A stretch of DNA of 64,000 nucleotides from Candidatus Moraniibacteriota bacterium (lineage in GTDB: Bacteria; Patescibacteriota; Minisyncoccia; Moranbacterales; UBA9337), in NCBI GenBank assembly GCA_029865125.1, contig JAOUHN010000002.1, positions 713 to 64,712 of the forward strand. The letters run 5' to 3'. The translations under genes were made by a program, and so were the position numbers. Below are positions 58,797 through 64,000 of the stretch, one piece after another. Under the pieces are notes generated by a model. That model was not told the DNA's origin, ran no database searches, and worked only from the letters and a program-made list of their open reading frames with translations. Position 1 is the first letter of the stretch; the number at the start of each line of letters is the position of its first letter.

Positions 58797-59393
58797 TCAT
58801 GAATTCGCAAGTTTTGATTTTGTGCTTATAAGCATTTTAAAAGCAAATAAAGTCAACAAAAAAATAATGGACATTCGTGTGAAAGAAGAATATTTTTCAG
58901 GAAAAAATGCTAAGAGATTGAATGCAAAATGAATCAGTGAGAGAGGGAAAATTATTTTGAAAATGAAGCTGTGAACTTTTTTTGGAACAATTGAGTAATA
59001 TCCAATAATACTGAAGGTCGTGCTGTGAAAAATGAATAATCCTGCGATTTCGAGATATTCGTTCATTGAAAAAGAGATGAATTTAGATTTGAGAAAGATG
59101 AACTCAATGAGTGCAAATCCGATTCCTGCCACAAGAGAATTGAAAACAATTGTTCTTCCTGAAACATGAGACGGTTCTATTTTTTTGAATACTATGATGA
59201 ACTTGGACAATTCTTCTGTGAAGGCGGAAACCAGAAGAAAGATTCCTGAAGAAGAAAGAATAAAACTTGTCATTGAATCAGTAAAGAAAATTTCTGAATT
59301 TCCTAAGAGTGTGATTGTGACAATGGCTTCAATAAAGAGAGAAAGAAGTGCTGCCAATGCGCCATATATTATTGATTCAAGAATGGATTTCAT
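58797..59393 (-). CDS. PrsW-like intramembrane glutamic protease
   Basis: EELSK, GIGFALIE, H...HFAFN motifs in TM segments. Confidence 0.7.
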   Translation of the reverse strand: MKSILESIIYGALAALLSLFIEAIVTITLLGNSEIFFTDSMTSFILSSSGIFLLVSAFTEELSKFIIVFKKIEPSHVSGRTIVFNSLVAGIGFALIEFIFLKSKFISFSMNEYLEIAGLFIFHSTTFSIIGYYSIVPKKVHSFIFKIIFPLSLIHFAFNLLAFFPEKYSSFTRMSIIFLLTLFAFKMLISTKSKLANS

Positions 59394-59460
59394 TTGAGAT
59401 TGATTTTTATTTTTGTATACTTTCATTATACAGAAAGATGAGCAAAAATAATAGCAAAAC

Positions 59461-59483
59461 AAAAAAGGCCCGAAGGCCTTTTT
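59461..59483 (-). terminator. Terminator after valS
   Basis: aaaaaaggcccgaaggccttttt. Confidence 0.75.
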
Positions 59484-62147
59484 CTATTTCAGTGATTTGA
59501 GATATTTTTCAATCTCTTTGAGCCGTGCTTTTGCTTTTTGGAGACTTTCTTTTTCTCGCTCGACCACTTCTTTTGGGGCTTTTGAAACGAATTGTTTGTT
59601 TGATAATTTTCCTTCGACGCTCTTGATATATTTCTTTAGATTTTCAACTTCTTTTTCTTTTTCAGCACGTTCTTTTTGTGTATCGATCAGTCCTTCTAGT
59701 GGAATACTCACAGTAATTCCATGAGAAGTTGTCTTTGAAATTGAATTTTCTTGACTTGAGCCATATGAAATTTCTTCAACTCCTGTTCGGAGACCCTTGA
59801 TGATGTTTTCTTGAGTTTTGATTATCTCTTCAAAGTTTTTGATTGAGCATGATTTTGTGTTCACAAAAAGCTTCACTTTTTTTGCAGGCTCAATTTTGTT
59901 TTCAGTTTTGAGATTTCTGACAGTCTGAATGATTTCGATTATTGGTTCAAAACTTGCAGCATCTTTTGATGGGGCATAGGAGTCTTTTTTTGGCCATTTT
60001 TGAATCAGGAGAAGCTCTTTTTCATCAAGCTCTTTCCAAATCGTTTCTGTCACAAATGGAATGAAGGGGTGCCAAAGTTTCAAGAGATCGCGAAGAATTG
60101 TTTGAAGAATTGCAGTCTTTTCTTCTTCATTATTTTCAAATTTTGAAACTTCCAAATACCAATCTGCAAAATCATTTTTTGTGAAATCACCAAGTTTTTC
60201 GCTGGCTTGAGAAAATCTGAATTTGTCCAAATCACTAGTCACTTCTTCAATAAGCACATTCATTTTTTGAATGATCCATGTGTCAGCAAGAGTAAGATTT
60301 TTTTTGTTGATTTCTTTGTTGGAGTCTTTTGATTTTCCAAGAATGTATCTTGAGATGTTCCATAGTTTGTTCACAAAATTTCTGGAAGATTCAATTTTTT
60401 CTTTGTAGATTTTAATGTCATTTCCAGGGGCAATTCCAGTGACAAGGCTCAGTCTCAGTGCATCTGTTCCATATTCTTCAGTCACGTCTATTGGATCAAG
60501 AGTGTTTCCGGCTGATTTTGAGAACTTGTTTCCATGTTCGTCGCGAAGCATCCCATGGATATACACATCCTTGAAAGGAATTTCTTCCATGTAATATGTG
60601 GTCATGAGAATCATTCGAGCCATCCAGAAGAAAATAATATCGCGTCCCATTTGCATCCAATTGGTTGGATGAAAGACTTTTCGTTCTTCTTCTGTGAGAG
60701 TTGAAAAAGTCCAAAGTCCACTTGAAAACCAAGTGTCTAGTGTGTCAGGATCTTGTTTGATTTTTTTCGAATCACATTTTTCGCATTTCTTTGGTTCATC
60801 TCTGCTCACAATAATTTCTCCACATTCACAATACCAAATAGGAATTCTGTGACCCCACCAGATTTGGCGGGAAATACACCAGTCACGAAGTTCATTGATC
60901 CAACTGAAATATACTTTTTCAAATCTTTCTGGATTGATGGTGATTTTTTGATTCTTATCTCCGCCGAGTCCTGTTGTGACAGCTTCGATCATGAGCTCTT
61001 TGAGGCTTTTGTTGTGCCCAGGAATTTTTTTGTTCACATCAATGAACCATTGAGTTTTTGGAAGCGCTTCCACAACATCACCAAATCTGTCAGATGTTTC
61101 AACGCTTTGAGTGATTTCCTCTTCTTTTTCCAAAAGAGTGTTTTCTTTTAGGAATTCAACGAATTTTTCTCGTGCCTCTAGGACCGTGAGTCCTTCATAA
61201 TTCTTTCCGGCTTCTGCTGTCATTTTTCCATCTTCTCCGATCACTTGAATGAGTTCAATGGGATCATTCTTGGCTTTTTGGATTTCAAACATTTCAAAGT
61301 CTACTGGGCTGTGAGCAGGAGTGACTCCAACAGCACCTGTTCCAAATTCAGGATCAACCTCATCATTGGCAATGATTTTGATTTCAAGAGGTTTCTTTGC
61401 TCCAATATCCACTGTGAAAGTTTCCCCAATGAATTTTTTGTATCGCGCGTCTTTTGGGTTCACAGCCACGGCAGTGTCTCCCAATTTTGTTTCAGGACGG
61501 GTGGTTGCAATGGTGATGGGGAAGTCTTTTGAATATTTGAAAGTGTAAAGTTTTCCTGTTCTTTCTTTGTGTTCAAGCTCGTCGTCAGAGCAGGTTGACT
61601 GACCTTTCACAGACCAGTTCACAACTTTGTGCCCACGATAGATGAGCCCGTCTTTATACATTTTCTCAAAAACATTGTTCACCATTTCACTTCTTTCCTC
61701 GTCGAAAGTGTAGGCGAGACGATCCCAATCGCAACTGGTTCCCATTTTTTGAACTTGAGAAAGGATGGTTGATTTGGACTCTTCTGCGTATTCTCGGATT
61801 TTTTCAAGAAGTCCTTCGCGTCCAAATTCTTCTCTTGGATTTTTGTGACCTTTCTCAACAAGGAGTTTTTCTACTTTTGCCTGAGTGGCAACAGCAGCGT
61901 GATCCGTTCCAGGAACAAGCAAAACCTTTTTTCCTTGAAGGCGTTGATATCTTGCCATGGTGTCCATGATTGAGTTTTCAAGAGCATGACCCAAATGAAG
62001 AACTCCTGTCACGTTTGGAGGTGGCATCATGATGGAATATGGTTCACCTTTCAAATTGTCAGGATTGAAAAATCCTGAATCTTTCCAAGTTGAATAGATC
62101 TCATCTTCAGTTTTTTGTGGGTCGTATGCCTTTGAAAGTTCGCTCAT
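59484..62147 (-). CDS. valS: Valine--tRNA ligase
   Basis: PPPNVTGVLHLGHA, TTRPET, DWCISRQIWWGHRIP, KFSKS, C-terminal coiled-coil arm. Confidence 0.98.
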   Translation of the reverse strand: MSELSKAYDPQKTEDEIYSTWKDSGFFNPDNLKGEPYSIMMPPPNVTGVLHLGHALENSIMDTMARYQRLQGKKVLLVPGTDHAAVATQAKVEKLLVEKGHKNPREEFGREGLLEKIREYAEESKSTILSQVQKMGTSCDWDRLAYTFDEERSEMVNNVFEKMYKDGLIYRGHKVVNWSVKGQSTCSDDELEHKERTGKLYTFKYSKDFPITIATTRPETKLGDTAVAVNPKDARYKKFIGETFTVDIGAKKPLEIKIIANDEVDPEFGTGAVGVTPAHSPVDFEMFEIQKAKNDPIELIQVIGEDGKMTAEAGKNYEGLTVLEAREKFVEFLKENTLLEKEEEITQSVETSDRFGDVVEALPKTQWFIDVNKKIPGHNKSLKELMIEAVTTGLGGDKNQKITINPERFEKVYFSWINELRDWCISRQIWWGHRIPIWYCECGEIIVSRDEPKKCEKCDSKKIKQDPDTLDTWFSSGLWTFSTLTEEERKVFHPTNWMQMGRDIIFFWMARMILMTTYYMEEIPFKDVYIHGMLRDEHGNKFSKSAGNTLDPIDVTEEYGTDALRLSLVTGIAPGNDIKIYKEKIESSRNFVNKLWNISRYILGKSKDSNKEINKKNLTLADTWIIQKMNVLIEEVTSDLDKFRFSQASEKLGDFTKNDFADWYLEVSKFENNEEEKTAILQTILRDLLKLWHPFIPFVTETIWKELDEKELLLIQKWPKKDSYAPSKDAASFEPIIEIIQTVRNLKTENKIEPAKKVKLFVNTKSCSIKNFEEIIKTQENIIKGLRTGVEEISYGSSQENSISKTTSHGITVSIPLEGLIDTQKERAEKEKEVENLKKYIKSVEGKLSNKQFVSKAPKEVVEREKESLQKAKARLKEIEKYLKSLK

Positions 62148-62197
62148 ATGTATGTGGATTTTAAAATATAATTTTTTTCAAAAAATCTGCGCAAACA

Positions 62198-62281
62198 TGT
62201 CATCCTGAACTTGTTTCAGGATCCCTGAGTATAAGCACTCGTAGTGTTATTTTGAGATTCTGAAACAAGTTCAGAATGACA
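62198..62281. repeat. TGTCA REP-like doublet upstream of valS
   Basis: Left 28 bp identical to the GIY-YIG element left end, followed by ataagcac as in that element. Confidence 0.93.
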
Positions 62282-62436
62282 CAGTTAAGAGAGTTAAATT
62301 GATTTTTACTGGTGATTGTATGGTAGCAATAAAAAGTTTATTTTTCAAGTTTTAACGGGATTTTAGCGGAAATAAAAACAGGGAAGCGATACGTGATCGT
62401 TTCCCTGGAATACCTCAGATTATCTTATGGGATGCT

Positions 62437-62682
62437 TTATACCGTTTCCATTGCTTTCTCAAAGCAAGTGGGGCAGTAAGTATGCGAAATTTTTTTTAAT
62501 TGATAAAGAGCATCTCGATTTATTATGTGTTTACATAAATCACGATCTTCTTCGCAAATACTACATTTTTTTTGAGTACCGTCTTCAGTGCATCCATGAA
62601 TTGATTTAAGTAGACCTTTTTTGTGTGTCTGCTCACACTCTACACACACACGCAGTAATATTTCTCGAGATATATCTGTCAT
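62437..62682 (-). CDS. Small multi-CxxC zinc-finger-like protein
   Basis: RVCVEC...SIHGCTEDG..CSIC..C...SHTYCPTC; SD agggaggg. Confidence 0.72.
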   Translation of the reverse strand: MTDISREILLRVCVECEQTHKKGLLKSIHGCTEDGTQKKCSICEEDRDLCKHIINRDALYQLKKISHTYCPTCFEKAMETV

Positions 62683-62932
62683 CTTTGCCCTCCCTGGCTA
62701 TAATTCGGCATCCCTGCCTTGTTTTTTGAACTTTATCACTATATTTAGTGATGATTAATATTATCACAAAATCGGGTTTCTGTCAATATGTGGCCATATT
62801 GACCGTATTTTACCCATGAAAAGCGCCGTTTCTGGGATTTTAACAGAGTAGCACATTTACATGAAATTTTTGTGAAATAAAATTAAGGGAAGAGCGGCGG
62901 CTCTTCCCAGATAAGGCTTCATAATGTGTTAC

Positions 62933-63169
62933 CTATGGTAATTTTGCTTTTTCTGTAGCGAGGCAACTCGGGCAATACCCCACGGATGCACGTTTTTGCT
63001 TATGAATCTCAACACAATTCCTTTTGGCTCTGCAAAAAGTGGACTTTTTTTTGCACATTGAGCAGTCCTGGGGCACTCCATTCTCTTTACACCCAAAGAT
63101 TGAGTTGAGTATGATATTGCTTTTCATGCAGATTGAGCATAGTCGCAACCACGGCAATTGTTTGACCAT
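62933..63169 (-). CDS. Small multi-CxxC zinc-finger-like protein (paralog)
   Basis: RLCSIC...SIFGCKENG..CSMC..C...SVGYCPSC; start reassigned to MVKQ after SD gaggag. Confidence 0.72.
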   Translation of the reverse strand: MVKQLPWLRLCSICMKSNIILNSIFGCKENGVPQDCSMCKKKSTFCRAKRNCVEIHKQKRASVGYCPSCLATEKAKLP

Positions 63170-63248
63170 TTTTTCTCCTCTCTTGAGTTGATTTGATATC
63201 ACTTAAACAAAGGGATACATAGGAGTATATAAAGCAATAACGTGTTTG

Positions 63249-64000
63249 TCAATGAATTTTGTTCATTTTGAGACTTGAACTGGCTTGAAGATTTTTCCAG
63301 TTTTTTTCACATTTTTGTCGCTCTGAATCATTCATTTTTTCCCAGCGGAAACATCCGGCAATGGCAATCATGGCAGCATTGTCCAAGGAATATTCAAATT
63401 CAGGACTTTCGAATTTTGTGTTTGCCAATTCTTTTTCGGTCGCATCTTTCAATTGAAGTTTCAGCTCTCTGTTGGCGCTCACTCCTCCGGCAATGAGAAT
63501 GGTTTTTGGGTTGTGCTTTTTTGCAGCTTTCATGGTTTTTTTGATGAGAACATCAATGCAAGCTTGTTGAAATTCATGAGAAATTTCAGGAATGAGATTT
63601 TCAAATTCTTTTTTTGAATTTTTTTCTTTCAGTTCTTTGACGGCATAGAGCACTGCGGTTTTGAGACCGGAAAAAGAAAAGTTGAAATCAGGAGAGTTTA
63701 GCATTGGGCGGGGGAGGGTGATGCGAGAGTTGTGATTTGAGAGTTGAGAATCTGGAGATTCTTTGAATTTCTGAGCCTGGGCGGAAATGATTGGTCCTCC
63801 GGGATATCCCAAATCCAAGATGCGAGCCACCTTGTCAAAAGCTTCACCAACAGCATCATCTTGAGTTTGTCCAATGACTTCATATTCCAAATGATCTTTC
63901 ATGAGAACAAGCTGAGTGTGTCCACCGGAAACAACCAAAGCCAAAACAGGAAATTCTATTTCCGTATTATTTGCGAAGTTTGCATAGATGTGACCTTCGA
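63249..64000 (-). CDS. tsaD: tRNA N6-adenosine threonylcarbamoyltransferase (5'-truncated by window edge)
   Basis: EGHIYAN, LVVSGGHT, DDAVGEAFDKVAR, YPGGP, FSFSGLKT, GGVSAN, DNAAMI. Confidence 0.97.
   Translation of the reverse strand, partial: EGHIYANFANNTEIEFPVLALVVSGGHTQLVLMKDHLEYEVIGQTQDDAVGEAFDKVARILDLGYPGGPIISAQAQKFKESPDSQLSNHNSRITLPRPMLNSPDFNFSFSGLKTAVLYAVKELKEKNSKKEFENLIPEISHEFQQACIDVLIKKTMKAAKKHNPKTILIAGGVSANRELKLQLKDATEKELANTKFESPEFEYSLDNAAMIAIAGCFRWEKMNDSERQKCEKNWKNLQASSSLKMNKIH

Overview
AT-rich chromosomal segment of a small-genome bacterium. Gene content and order (polA, mutM, holA, rpsT, ruvA, secG, PGI/PMI, RNase J, a tandem TrbC/VirB2-like pilin array, typA, rlmH, valS, tsaD, core genes mostly without Shine-Dalgarno) suggest Patescibacteria/CPR; this is inference. 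The standard genetic code fits, as TAA, TAG and TGA all act as stops. It holds about 55 CDS, tRNA-Lys(CTT), tRNA-Arg(TCT) and a dead tRNA-Lys copy. The most striking signal is a layered set of small repeat elements. (1) A GIY-YIG nuclease gene sits inside perfect 28-bp palindromic terminal inverted repeats, and about 8 gene-less copies with the same or related ends are scattered in the window; this looks like a REPIN-like autonomous/non-autonomous pair with no RAYT transposase. (2) Two disrupted four-helix-bundle (IVP/Avd-like) genes are each framed by inverted short-period repeat arrays, and many gene-less inverted 7-mer arrays occur elsewhere. (3) There is a ~160-bp MITE family and a set of GC mini-hairpins. 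Several of these elements are translated in-frame inside host genes (O-antigen ligase, mutM, tsaD, femAB-like) or inserted in a tRNA T-loop. An accessory island (unknown protein, MoxR/RavA-like AAA ATPase, VWA protein) is flanked and interrupted by hairpin-dense non-coding DNA that may be structured RNA.
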